Below are positions 1 through 10,778 of a DNA stretch of 64,000 nucleotides, piece after piece. How positions within the stretch are numbered: position 1 is the stretch's first letter; every line of letters begins with the position of its first letter. The stretch is taken from NCBI RefSeq assembly GCF_964355755.1, contig NC_092672.1, positions 26,356,437 to 26,420,436 on the forward strand, written 5' to 3'. Position numbers and translations under genes: made by a program. Below the pieces are notes generated by a model. That model did no database searches and was not told where the DNA came from. It worked only from the letters and a program-made list of their open reading frames with translations. The stretch comes from Antedon mediterranea. Taxonomy: Eukaryota > Animalia > Echinodermata.

Positions 1-249
1 AATTAATAATTTAATCATTGGCCGCGTTTAGACAATAGCTATGAAAGAGCGAATGACTGCATTACTGACTGCCTAAAAATCCAGATCCTATTATAATTGA
101 AGAGTTGAAACCATTCTATTGAACACCTAAAAACCAAAACAAAATAAATTGATTATTTTTGCAAATGAGCAAATTTATTTTATTTATTTATTTTATTTTT
201 ATTCATTTGACAGCCAACAGCGATGAAACCGCCACTAACAGGTTGAATC

Positions 250-1110
250 TAAATTACTGTATTAGTATTGGTAATCTTATAAAACAAAACGTATTTTATT
301 CTTCTGTTAAATGTAACTTTTTATTTTTAACATTACTTGAATACCGGTAGATATTGAAAGAGTATTATGTTCACAGATTGCAACATTGCATATTCAAATT
401 CAGAACAATATATATATAATAATATAACAAGATTAAAATGTGTTTACTCACCGGATATTGTTTCTCCTATACAGGAGAATGACATGGGTTGAAGTTACAG
501 ATTATTCGCTGCCACTTGTGCATAGATAATAAATCGATTATTTTTGCAAATGAGTAAATTACTGTATTAGTAATTTAATGTGGACCTGGATAGATAGAAA
601 AAATAATATAAAAAGCAATTATACAACTGAAATTATGTATAGACCTAATGAAGTATTGGTAATCGTGTAAAACAAAGCGTATTTTCTTCTTCTGTAAAAT
701 GTAACTTTTTATTTTTAACATTACTTAAATACCGGTAGATATTGAAAGATTATTATGTGCACAGATTGCAACATTACATATTAAAATTCAGAACAATATT
801 TATAATAATAAAACTCACTTAAAAACAAGATTAAAATGTGTTTACTCACCAGATATTGTTTCTCCTATACAGGAGAATGACATGGGTTGAAGTTACAGAT
901 TATTCGCTGTCCCTCTTGCATAGATAATAAATTGATTATTCTTGAAAATGAGTAAATTACTGTATTAGTAATTTCATGTGGATCTGGTTAGATAAAGAAA
1001 AAAAGAATATAAAAAACAAGATTAAGATTAAGATTTCTCCTATACAGGAGAATGACATGGGTTGAAGTTACAGCTTATTCGCTGCCCCTCGTGCATAGAG
1101 AGTCAAATGA
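250..1110. repeat. ~400-bp tandem repeat (two full copies plus a partial third) downstream of the Helentron ORF
   Basis: GGAGAATGACATGGGTTGAAGTTACAG recurs at ~474, ~872 and ~1048; GTATTGGTAATC..AAAACAAA recurs at ~265 and ~653. Confidence 0.85.
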
Positions 1111-1418
1111 TTTTCAGCTTGTTTTTATCAAATTGTTTTTTTTTCTTGATTTGTATTCAGTTTATTTTCAATTCTTAAAAAGTTTTTATAGTATTCTCCT
1201 GAATGATTTTCCTGTATATTATATATTAATATATTTTGACGTTCTTGACCACGCTTGCACATATAGTGATAGGCCTAATAGTATTTCATTTTGGTTTTTC
1301 AGTTTTTCTCCATTTCATAATGTAAGAATGTAATAAACAATTTGAAATAATAATGCTATGCAAGTTCAATTTCTATTTACAGAAATATAATTCAAATACT
1401 TAAAAACCATTGCTGCAA

Positions 1419-4400
1419 TTAAAATTTAATTTGAATGGCTTCATGATAGCTATAATAAATTGGAATTACTTCAGCCTGTACTGAATCAAGACCTTTGCTA
1501 TAAACATGATCAATCAATGTATTGTTTTCAGTGGTGGAACATGTAACATGTTGTCGGTACTCATTCTCTGACATTAAATTATTCACTCTGGAAGATTGTT
1601 TGAAAAGATTTTCATTAAAATCACCCATTACAATACATTTTGTACTCACTTTTTGTAACTCTTCCAAATATTTTCTCAAATTTTGACAGAATTGATTAAT
1701 ATCATAGCTTGGGGGTCGATAAATTACTGACACGGAAACTGAAATTGGACTTGTTATTAAGAATGAAACTGCTTCTATATCATTATTACGTATGTTTAAT
1801 CTGCTTGTAAACGTGTTCTTGGTATACACTGCAACGCCGCCATGAGCCTGATTTTTTATTTTGGAACTCAGATCATTTGTATTGGAATACGAATCATACC
1901 TTGCTTGGTGATACAATTTATACGGCTCAATACTTACATCAAAAACATCATCATCCTTATTTAACCACGTTTCAGTTAGACATATAATACTAGAATTCAT
2001 AAATAAATCATTGCACTGAAGATCAGCAAAATGTTGTTTAAGCCCTTGAATGTTATGTAACATTATTGAAAATTTAGAATCCGAATCATGACCTTGTTTT
2101 TTAAATTGTACATATGATTCCATATTATTTAAGCATTTCTTTATGTTTGGATCACAATAAATCAGATTATGATTAAGATGTTCAATAGTAAGTCCAGATA
2201 CTGAAGTAACACGACTGAGGGCTACGTATGCTTGTCCAGGTGCAAAGGTATTTTTAAGGCAAACTACTGCTTCATTCATTGTCAATCCTTGGACTTTATG
2301 AACTGTGCATGCATATGCTAATTTGAGAGGAAATTGTTTTCGACTGTATTTATTCCCCATAGATTCTTTAAACATTTCAATTGCCTGAACACCGATTTCA
2401 TTATTATCAAACTTTACTTTAATAGATACTGGTTTGGCGTTACGATTGGGTTTGACTATTTCATAAACATGTCCCATACATCCATTCGTTAAGCCTTTTT
2501 TAACATCTACATTTTTAATCAACATCACTCTGGCATTAAGTGCAATCCACAAATAATTTAGTAAACTAGTTTGACGTGAATTCCGAGGTTTCTCACAAAT
2601 TTTAGTCTGTTTCTTGGCGTTTACTACACTATCTTCTGCTTCAATGCATACAATGTCTGTACAGGTTTTGTGCAACATTTTTTTATTCCATTCATCAACT
2701 TGTTTATTACGTGGGTAAATATGAACAGCATCTTCACATTCTTCCCCTGTTTCACGTGATTTTAAAACAAATAAATCGTTATCAGACAAACAATCATGTT
2801 TTTCTTTTGTACGCAATTTGTTTAACAATAAAGCAAATTCTTTATCTTCTTTTTGTCTCATGATTTGGTCTAACTGTACTTGCTTAAAGTTATCTAACCA
2901 CAGTGAGCTTTCCAATGTGTCTTTATATAACGAACTGCCCATCACTGGGGGTAACTGATAAAAATCACCAACAGCAATTACTGAAATGTTACCAAATGGA
3001 CTATCGTTGCGTACTTGTTTTATTTGCCTTAATCTTCCGTGGATATACCAAAGTAACCTTTGATTTACCATTGATATTTCATCTATAATAACAATTTGCA
3101 ACTGACACAACTGATTACGAAGTGCACTTATTTTTTCTTCTCCAAGTGGTTGATACGGAAGTGAAATATTAATCGGGATAGACAAAGCGCTATGAATTGT
3201 TTGGCCTTTAATATTATATGCTGCGATTCCTGTAGGAGCTAATTTCAATATTGACGAATCATCGGGATTTTCCATAATTTTTCCAAGAATACGTGTCGCT
3301 TCATTATAAATACAGTTTACCAAATGACTTTTTCCTGTACCAGCGCCACCAGTTATGAAAGTGTAAAATGCTTCAGGTTTTTTACCATTAGCTTTGTCTA
3401 AACACCATTGTCTTGTCTTATAAAATATATGTTGTTGTTTTTCATTTAAAGATCGAATCATTTTGTTCAATTCTGGTCTTGGAATATTAGATGAATTAGA
3501 CTCTACTTTAGATGTATGATTTTTTTGAATTCCAAAATCTGGAATGAAAAATTCATCTTCTTCATCATCAACCTCTACATTTGGCTTTGGGTTGTCTAAC
3601 CTTTCTTTTTCGCTTTCTGGACATAATAAACTCCATGCATCTTCTTGTGGTCCAAATTTTGATAAACATTCCTGTGCTTCTTCAACATCATCAGCACTTT
3701 TTTCATATTGTTCCATGTTTCCATGAACTATTGACTTTACCGTTTGTAATTGACAGCCACATAATTTCACACATCCTTTCTCATGAAATTGTTCATACGT
3801 TTCAAAATTTGGAGGTTTTAACTGTTCATCTTTTCGAAATGGTAGAAATAACTGAAGTATACTCAAAAAATATTTCTCAGGTGCTGTATCCATTGGAAAT
3901 CGAGGGTATCTTACTATAGCATTACTAGTTCGTGTTCTTTTTTGGATGAATCCCAACTGTTTTTTTAACTGAAATACATTCTTTTTTTGTTTGTTTCCTT
4001 TCATTTCTGATGAACTCAATATTCTATATTCTGAACAAAATTTTGCAAGGCACATTTTATTAAATTCAGAACTATTAGGTCGAGCTTTATATTTGTCGAT
4101 CTTACTTGGCAACCATGCACTTACATCATCATCTTCTTTGTTTTTAATTACACTTAGTGGTAAACTCATTCTGACAGGATTAGGTCCTACTGGGATAAAT
4201 TCAACTTTCCTTGAACATTCTTTTAATCTTAAACTACAAACACGATAAATACTTTCTTGTGCAGACACTTCTCGATTATTCATATAAACATTACCAAGTT
4301 TTCGCAAACTTTGCCTAGCATCTTCATTGCCTTCTTTTACTTCTGATGCTGCATGATTTAACAGTAAACCCATTTCACGTTCAGATTTTGACATATATCC

Positions 4401-7400
4401 TATAACGTAAATTATACATGCATATACATTTGTAATATATTGAATATCCATATTAGCATTCCATGCTCTCAATAAGGAAGGATTATATTGATTTACCCAC
4501 ACATCTTGAGGGTTTCTCTTTATAACAATCTTTTCCTCAGTAGCCACACAATTATTTGCTTTCTCAAATGCACTCTGTGTAATACCTAAACTTTGGAAAA
4601 GGTCTATTGCATTTTTATATGTTTCTTCATTAGTCACAGCATCTTTTACTGAGGTTAACAGTTCCATTGCTTGTTTATTGTCATCATTATCATCATTGTC
4701 TTTATCCACAATTGTAGGTCTCATAACAAATGTATTTCCAGAAGGTTGTCTGGGAAAGTTAAATCTGCAATTTGTTCCCTTTTTTTTACATGATTTAGAA
4801 TGTCTTTTACTGTGAATTTGCACACTTTTAACAATTTCATTCAGTTCAGGATCTACAGTTTCACATGGCACAGCACAAGAAATATATTTATCGACAAAAT
4901 TAATAACTTCGTCATCTTTATCTGTACCAAAAATAGGAGCATTTTCAACCCATACTAACATATGAACATGTGGACTTCCTCTCATTTGAAATTCAATTCG
5001 GTAAAAATAATCTATGACTTTACCAATAGGCTGTGCTTCAGACAAAATTACATTTTTCAAAAAAGTATGAAATCGTTTATCAAACATTCTGGCAACAGTC
5101 ACTGGATTTGATTTCAACAAATTACATTTATCTGCCCATTCTAATTCTTCAATGTTTCTTTGGTCTCCAGACTGACTTAGCAATGTCGTCATTATTTCTT
5201 TCCAACGGAAATCAGCACTTGAGAATGAAAGAAAGAATGTTGGTTTTCCAATCTGTCTAACCATTGCTATTATATCTTTCTGTGTAGCTTGCCAGTACGG
5301 TGGAGTTCCACGAATTTGTTTTAAAAATTTATAACCCCTATCAGATTTTAAAATTTCCTCAATTTTGGTAACATTTTTTAAATCGGATACAGTAACTTTA
5401 CTAAAATCATCCTTTTTACTTGACCCTTTTCGCAATGCAATGGAAATACTTGATAAAATTTGTTGAAGTTCATATAACGATTGAGCATAAAATATGAATT
5501 CTGTATTTTGTGCAAACCTGTTATCTATATGCATTAATCTATTATGAAAATAACGTCCGAGTGTTATTTTAACATCTCTCGTATCATGGAATGTTGGTTG
5601 GCCTGTTGGAAATAACACTGGAAATGATTTTGCTTCATTGCTTTTATTACTTAACAATGCAATAGGACTATTATTTTCACATGGTGCACAACAAATTATG
5701 TCATTAAAATATTCATCAACCAAATTTTGTCGCCTATCAACAGGTTGCAGACTTGTATCAAAGGTAACACCACATAATCGGTCTTCTACTTCTTCTTCTA
5801 CTTCTTCTTCATTGTTGTCTATACATGTTTGATTTTCTTCTCCATTAGTAGTTTCACTTTCGATGTTTTCTTCAGATAAATAATTGTGCCATTCTTCATT
5901 AATAGCTATATCAAAATAGCACTTGTTATGATCTTGTAAATATCTAAGAGCTTGAATAACATTGGCAGTGTTAACAAATTTATATTTGTAATAACCTTTG
6001 TAAGACAACTTTCGTTTCAATTTTACGGATATTAATTGATCATCAACCTCTGGTCTAGGCAGCATTTTCACAGTTTCAATAGTATTTGATGGTACACATA
6101 CAACTGGTCCATGTATTCCATGCTGTCCACCTTTTGGTAAATTCATTAGTTTCATAAAAGGAATGTTTAATCCAATCAAATGCTGCTCTAAATTATTTAA
6201 ACACCTGAGCTCAGGAGGAATATCATGTAATTGTAAATTGTTTGAATTGGCTTCTGCAGGGACTTTACCGTTTAACAATTTTCTGTGGCATGTGAAACAA
6301 ATCCATAAACGACATCTTGGTGATTCGATAAATTGACAAGGTGTATTACATTCATTGTTGCAAATATGCAAATAATTTTCATTTATACAAGCCTGATTTT
6401 TGTACTTAGATTTGGTGCACTTCATAACTTGATCTTTGAATAACATTTTAAAGCAAACACAACAAATATATTCAGGACCACGAGAAATTGTTTCCCTGAA
6501 GTTTTCTAAAACAAACTCAAAATTAGTGTTTTCTGCTTTGATTTTTTCCCGATTCTTCATGTTTTTCTTCATGATTTTTTTTCGGAACCTTTCATCACCA
6601 TGATACTTTTCTGTAAATCTTTGCTTACACTTTTGCTTACATCTTTGACGAAATTTTGAATTACCTCGATATTTCTCTGCCAATTGTAGCTTACAGTTGT
6701 GTCTAAATTTTAAATTACTCCGATACTTTTCTGCCAATTTGTCTTTGCATTTTTGTTTAAATTTCAAATTATTCTGATACTTTTCAGTAATTTTTTTTTT
6801 ACAGTTTTGTCTAAATTTCAAATTACTCCGATACTTCTCTGCCAATTTCTGCTTACACTTTTGTCGAAATTTCAAATTACTCCGATACTTCTCTGCCAAT
6901 TTCTGCTTACAGTTTTGTTGAAATTTCAAATTACTCCGATACTTCTCTGCCAATTTTTGGGTAACGTTTTCTCTAAATTTTGAATTATTACAATACTTCT
7001 CTGCTAATTTTTGCTTCAAATTGTGTCGAAATTGTAGGTCATTGTGATACCTCTCCTTATTTCTTTGTTTATTATTTTGTCTAGTTTTATTTCTAAATAT
7101 TGTATCATTGTTGTATCTATTTTTCATTGTTTCTTTCAAATTTTGCTTAAACTTTTCATTAAATTTATAATTTAACAAATTGTTGGCTTTTTTGGTTGTC
7201 TGGTAATCCAAATCAATGTTGTAGTTATGTCTAGCTTTATTTCGTGCCTTAACATTATATTCAGGTTCACATCTATACATTTTGTGTTGTCTTTCTCTGT
7301 TTTCCTTCCTCTTTTGGAATTTATAATCATCATCACCATATCTTATTTTTTGTGCCTCTTTTACTTTGCGTTTCTTTTCCTCTCTGTATAGAGAATCACT

Positions 7401-10400
7401 TTGATATTTGTTTCCGATTTCATTTGTTTCTTTTGAATTATTGTTTTCTTCTCTTTCCCGTTTAATTCTCTGTCGATTCTTTGCTCTTTCTTTTCTAATT
7501 CTATAAGATTGTTTTCGTTTTCCGCTAAATAGTTTTACTCTGCTTTCTGAACAAGTTCTTTCACCAGTTTTACGGTGTTTGTGTTTTGGTTCTATATCTT
7601 CAAATGTGTCACAAGTTTCATTTCCCGTTTGCTTTCGTTTCTTTGTTGTAGAATTCTTTACCAAAAAAATCGCCTCTGTATTTGACAGTTTATTGTGGGA
7701 TGTCACATTCATATCAACTTGTCCTGTTGTTTCCTGAACATTATTTTGACTCACATTGACAGATTCTACTACATTAAAATGCACATTCATGGTGTACAAA
7801 ATATATATACCATTGTCAGTTGTAACATCATCTATTCTTCCCGGCTTTTTAGCAGAAAACAATTGCCACGTCAAAAGTTGATCATTAAATGAATAAATAT
7901 CTGTATTAAGCAAGTTTGCCATTGCACTTATTTCAGTATTGGATGCCCACGTTCCATTATCCATTACTCTTTTTTTAAACACATATTCCTTAACTGATCT
8001 ATATTCGTGACTAAATGTATTAATAAATAAGTCATCAGTTTCCAATAAATGATTAGTAATTGCTCTTCTTAAAAGTAAATGATTATCTTCAGTCCCAGAA
8101 ATAATGTATGAAATTGCACGATAAAAACAATTACCATCACCTGTAATATTTGTAATTTGAAGAGGATGTCCAATCTGACTAGCTCTGTTAATACCACAAT
8201 TCATATCGGTATGTTCACAATGAATGCCTAATTTATTACACATGTTTTTCTTTTGTGCTTCTGAGGTAGGAATAAATTTAAAATTCTCGTCAGGTCTTTC
8301 TGCATACTGAACATTAACAATTTCAATATCACTATCACTTTGCCATCCATTACTTGATGAGACATGACCTTCTTTATTATGTGTTTTGCCTTTAACTTTA
8401 TAATCAATATTCTTTTCTGGTAATCTTGTACTACATTTATACTGATAAGACGTACTAGGTTCATCAACATCGACGTTTCCCAAGTTGCTTTGTTCACAAT
8501 TATCATCGAGCACAGAAGCGGAACATAACATCATAGACTTATTTTCAATATTTACACCAGTCAGTTCAAACTCGGTTTCATGTAAATTACAGTTCATTGA
8601 CTTTGCTAATCTTATACAATAATCGTACACACCTTGCCAAGATGGACTGTAAAGTAAAATACTCTTTCCATGTTCACTAACACAACCAAATCGATTTCTT
8701 GCATGTGGATCAAATATAAGAAATCCATTTACACGTTTGATAATAGAAAATGTGCTTCTGTTGAAATTCATAAAAAATGCATCATGTTGGTGTAATTCTT
8801 TTTCAAGAGCTTGGTTTAATGACAAGGCTCCGTATTCAGCCATAAATTCGAGATTCCCATCTATTATGCCAAAAACTGATTCTTTGGGAGATATTACAAA
8901 TGTGTTATCCAAGATATCCAATTCTTTCGGCAGTTCAGAAATCATTAAAAGGTCCTCGTGCATAGTGGAATCTTTCTGAATGTAACAGTACAACTCGTTT
9001 CCAAGAGTCAATATTGTGTCAAGGTCTTTGGTGTAAAATTCATTTCCATTCCTCTTTGTAGAATAAAGAATAGCTACAAGACTATTTGCAACACACTGTT
9101 TACCACTTGCAAAGCCAAATCTATAATTTCCTTGATTAAAATTACCCTGTGCTACAGTTATATTTTCATTACTATTATATACTTGTAATTCATTTATTGA
9201 TTGTGTTTTCTGCCTTTTTCGTGTATTTTTTTGTTTTGGTACATTATCGATTATCAATTCTTCCGAAAAATTATTTTTGGTTAAAACTTCAATATCCACA
9301 TCGATAGTATGTTGGTCACATTTAGGTTTAGTATGGGACCTAATTTTTTCAGTCACTGCTTTTTTGCATCCGTCATCAATTATCAATACTTCATTTTCCT
9401 CAAATTCACAACTTGCACATGTTTGATTTTTATGATCTGTACCATTACTATCAATTATTCTACTTCTGTCATTCATTTTGCTATTATTTTGTGCTTTCGC
9501 ATCGTCAGTCGCTGTGTTGTCGTTTTCTACAGTACATTCTATTTTAAAATCCTTGTCAGTTTTCGTTTCAGAATTGTCATTGTTACCCATGTTCTTTATA
9601 TCTTTGCCAAACCGTTCCATAGTATCGCAATCATTCTTTAAATTCAGGTCAACATTACCTTGTGCTTTTTTGTTATCAATCTTCTTAGTTTTGACAAAAC
9701 GACCCTTGTTATTTCGTAAACGTTTCGAACCACCACCTGATTGTTGTTGTATTCCGTGCGTTACTTTTGTATTTTTCAAATCATCACACATAGGCCTACC
9801 ACTGTCATCAATTATTGTTTGTGAATTTCCCAATATATTCGTTTTACCATTTTCTTTGTTGTATTCTCTGTAAGTAGTTGTATTCATATTCCATTCCATT
9901 TTGTTATTATTTTGTCTTTCATAGAAATCTTTTACACCTTTGCCTATATATTTTACACCTGGTTCTATACTTATACCATTTATAACGCGCTTTCTCCTTT
10001 TCTTATTTCCTCTATTTTTACATCTTTTTTTTCTGTTGTCGGTTCTTTTCTTTGATCTTACTCTGATCCAATCACTACCAAGTAAATCTTCACTTCCTGT
10101 TTGTGGACATTTTAATTTTGCATTATTACAACGTTTTTCTTTATTTTTCGTTAAATCTGGAAAGTCTGAAGTGACAGATTCATCAGGTTCTAGAATTGTA
10201 TATCTATTGAAATGACAGGGAATACCTATTTCACCAAACATGTTATCAACAAAATTATTATTCCCACACATTGAACAAATCCAAATTACCCGGGAATTAC
10301 ATAGTTTGTCTTCAAAAACATCTCTTACACATTTCACATGAAAATATTGACTACAACAGTCACATGTTATGCAATTGTCGTCTACTTTCACTTCAATATT

Positions 10401-10778
10401 ACAGAAATCGCATGTATCATCAAACTCTGAAGTGACCTCTGTACCATAAGATAATATGTTTATGATATCATCAATTATTCCTTTAAATTCTGTTGTATCT
10501 TTCATAAATTCACAATTGACATTACCTGTATCATCATTTCTGTCGTCTTTGACATTCTCAGTTGAACAGCATTCATCAAGTAGGTCCAAGATGTCATTAA
10601 CAACTATTTTAAATTCTGCTGTCTTATCCATAACTCCATTATTAACATTACCAGTTGTATTGACAAAAATCTGCTTTTTACTTGTAACTTCTTTATTCAC
10701 ATTCTTACACAAATAAATTATCATTGTAAAGATAATCAACAAAAAGATACCAACTAATGTTATGAATTCCATATCCAT
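1419..10778 (-). CDS. Helentron Rep/PIF1-helicase/AP-endonuclease polyprotein (3119 aa) with TM segment, PHD finger, herpes-tegument-like cysteine protease and OTU protease
   Basis: HUH motif RGSPHVHMLVW (~4950-4983) and YxxxY-K motif YVIGYMSKSE (~4380-4410). Helicase motifs GGAGTGKS (~3326-3350), IIDEISM, GDFYQLPPV, QIMRQ, TVHKVQG, YVALSR. C-terminal EEP/APE motifs HNIQGL, LTETW, YRPP, GDFN, LIDHVY, SYH (1419-2075). OTU GDGNCFYRA...HF (7765-8160). QGNFNQG..SGKQCVAN..FDPH protease (8550-9165). PHD C4HC3-like (10266-10412). The ORF is uninterrupted. Confidence 0.95.
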   Translation of the reverse strand: MDMEFITLVGIFLLIIFTMIIYLCKNVNKEVTSKKQIFVNTTGNVNNGVMDKTAEFKIVVNDILDLLDECCSTENVKDDRNDDTGNVNCEFMKDTTEFKGIIDDIINILSYGTEVTSEFDDTCDFCNIEVKVDDNCITCDCCSQYFHVKCVRDVFEDKLCNSRVIWICSMCGNNNFVDNMFGEIGIPCHFNRYTILEPDESVTSDFPDLTKNKEKRCNNAKLKCPQTGSEDLLGSDWIRVRSKKRTDNRKKRCKNRGNKKRRKRVINGISIEPGVKYIGKGVKDFYERQNNNKMEWNMNTTTYREYNKENGKTNILGNSQTIIDDSGRPMCDDLKNTKVTHGIQQQSGGGSKRLRNNKGRFVKTKKIDNKKAQGNVDLNLKNDCDTMERFGKDIKNMGNNDNSETKTDKDFKIECTVENDNTATDDAKAQNNSKMNDRSRIIDSNGTDHKNQTCASCEFEENEVLIIDDGCKKAVTEKIRSHTKPKCDQHTIDVDIEVLTKNNFSEELIIDNVPKQKNTRKRQKTQSINELQVYNSNENITVAQGNFNQGNYRFGFASGKQCVANSLVAILYSTKRNGNEFYTKDLDTILTLGNELYCYIQKDSTMHEDLLMISELPKELDILDNTFVISPKESVFGIIDGNLEFMAEYGALSLNQALEKELHQHDAFFMNFNRSTFSIIKRVNGFLIFDPHARNRFGCVSEHGKSILLYSPSWQGVYDYCIRLAKSMNCNLHETEFELTGVNIENKSMMLCSASVLDDNCEQSNLGNVDVDEPSTSYQYKCSTRLPEKNIDYKVKGKTHNKEGHVSSSNGWQSDSDIEIVNVQYAERPDENFKFIPTSEAQKKNMCNKLGIHCEHTDMNCGINRASQIGHPLQITNITGDGNCFYRAISYIISGTEDNHLLLRRAITNHLLETDDLFINTFSHEYRSVKEYVFKKRVMDNGTWASNTEISAMANLLNTDIYSFNDQLLTWQLFSAKKPGRIDDVTTDNGIYILYTMNVHFNVVESVNVSQNNVQETTGQVDMNVTSHNKLSNTEAIFLVKNSTTKKRKQTGNETCDTFEDIEPKHKHRKTGERTCSESRVKLFSGKRKQSYRIRKERAKNRQRIKREREENNNSKETNEIGNKYQSDSLYREEKKRKVKEAQKIRYGDDDYKFQKRKENRERQHKMYRCEPEYNVKARNKARHNYNIDLDYQTTKKANNLLNYKFNEKFKQNLKETMKNRYNNDTIFRNKTRQNNKQRNKERYHNDLQFRHNLKQKLAEKYCNNSKFRENVTQKLAEKYRSNLKFQQNCKQKLAEKYRSNLKFRQKCKQKLAEKYRSNLKFRQNCKKKITEKYQNNLKFKQKCKDKLAEKYRSNLKFRHNCKLQLAEKYRGNSKFRQRCKQKCKQRFTEKYHGDERFRKKIMKKNMKNREKIKAENTNFEFVLENFRETISRGPEYICCVCFKMLFKDQVMKCTKSKYKNQACINENYLHICNNECNTPCQFIESPRCRLWICFTCHRKLLNGKVPAEANSNNLQLHDIPPELRCLNNLEQHLIGLNIPFMKLMNLPKGGQHGIHGPVVCVPSNTIETVKMLPRPEVDDQLISVKLKRKLSYKGYYKYKFVNTANVIQALRYLQDHNKCYFDIAINEEWHNYLSEENIESETTNGEENQTCIDNNEEEVEEEVEDRLCGVTFDTSLQPVDRRQNLVDEYFNDIICCAPCENNSPIALLSNKSNEAKSFPVLFPTGQPTFHDTRDVKITLGRYFHNRLMHIDNRFAQNTEFIFYAQSLYELQQILSSISIALRKGSSKKDDFSKVTVSDLKNVTKIEEILKSDRGYKFLKQIRGTPPYWQATQKDIIAMVRQIGKPTFFLSFSSADFRWKEIMTTLLSQSGDQRNIEELEWADKCNLLKSNPVTVARMFDKRFHTFLKNVILSEAQPIGKVIDYFYRIEFQMRGSPHVHMLVWVENAPIFGTDKDDEVINFVDKYISCAVPCETVDPELNEIVKSVQIHSKRHSKSCKKKGTNCRFNFPRQPSGNTFVMRPTIVDKDNDDNDDNKQAMELLTSVKDAVTNEETYKNAIDLFQSLGITQSAFEKANNCVATEEKIVIKRNPQDVWVNQYNPSLLRAWNANMDIQYITNVYACIIYVIGYMSKSEREMGLLLNHAASEVKEGNEDARQSLRKLGNVYMNNREVSAQESIYRVCSLRLKECSRKVEFIPVGPNPVRMSLPLSVIKNKEDDDVSAWLPSKIDKYKARPNSSEFNKMCLAKFCSEYRILSSSEMKGNKQKKNVFQLKKQLGFIQKRTRTSNAIVRYPRFPMDTAPEKYFLSILQLFLPFRKDEQLKPPNFETYEQFHEKGCVKLCGCQLQTVKSIVHGNMEQYEKSADDVEEAQECLSKFGPQEDAWSLLCPESEKERLDNPKPNVEVDDEEDEFFIPDFGIQKNHTSKVESNSSNIPRPELNKMIRSLNEKQQHIFYKTRQWCLDKANGKKPEAFYTFITGGAGTGKSHLVNCIYNEATRILGKIMENPDDSSILKLAPTGIAAYNIKGQTIHSALSIPINISLPYQPLGEEKISALRNQLCQLQIVIIDEISMVNQRLLWYIHGRLRQIKQVRNDSPFGNISVIAVGDFYQLPPVMGSSLYKDTLESSLWLDNFKQVQLDQIMRQKEDKEFALLLNKLRTKEKHDCLSDNDLFVLKSRETGEECEDAVHIYPRNKQVDEWNKKMLHKTCTDIVCIEAEDSVVNAKKQTKICEKPRNSRQTSLLNYLWIALNARVMLIKNVDVKKGLTNGCMGHVYEIVKPNRNAKPVSIKVKFDNNEIGVQAIEMFKESMGNKYSRKQFPLKLAYACTVHKVQGLTMNEAVVCLKNTFAPGQAYVALSRVTSVSGLTIEHLNHNLIYCDPNIKKCLNNMESYVQFKKQGHDSDSKFSIMLHNIQGLKQHFADLQCNDLFMNSSIICLTETWLNKDDDVFDVSIEPYKLYHQARYDSYSNTNDLSSKIKNQAHGGVAVYTKNTFTSRLNIRNNDIEAVSFLITSPISVSVSVIYRPPSYDINQFCQNLRKYLEELQKVSTKCIVMGDFNENLFKQSSRVNNLMSENEYRQHVTCSTTENNTLIDHVYSKGLDSVQAEVIPIYYSYHEAIQIKF
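6600..7060 (-). repeat. 54-bp in-frame coding repeat (18 aa, KQKLAEKYRSNLKFRQxC), about 8-9 copies
   Basis: CCGATACTTCTCTGCCAATTTCTGCTTAC recurs at 54-bp spacing (~6828, ~6882) and is visible in the translation. Confidence 0.9.

Noticed and set aside
2903-10716. Many short + strand ORFs over the Helentron ORF
   Set aside because: They are antisense shadows of the long minus-strand ORF with no recognisable domains.
1419-10778. Endogenous herpesvirus or giant-virus fragment, suggested by the tegument-like protease
   Set aside because: No capsid, polymerase or other viral genes; the Rep-PIF1-APE order and terminal hairpin identify a Helentron.
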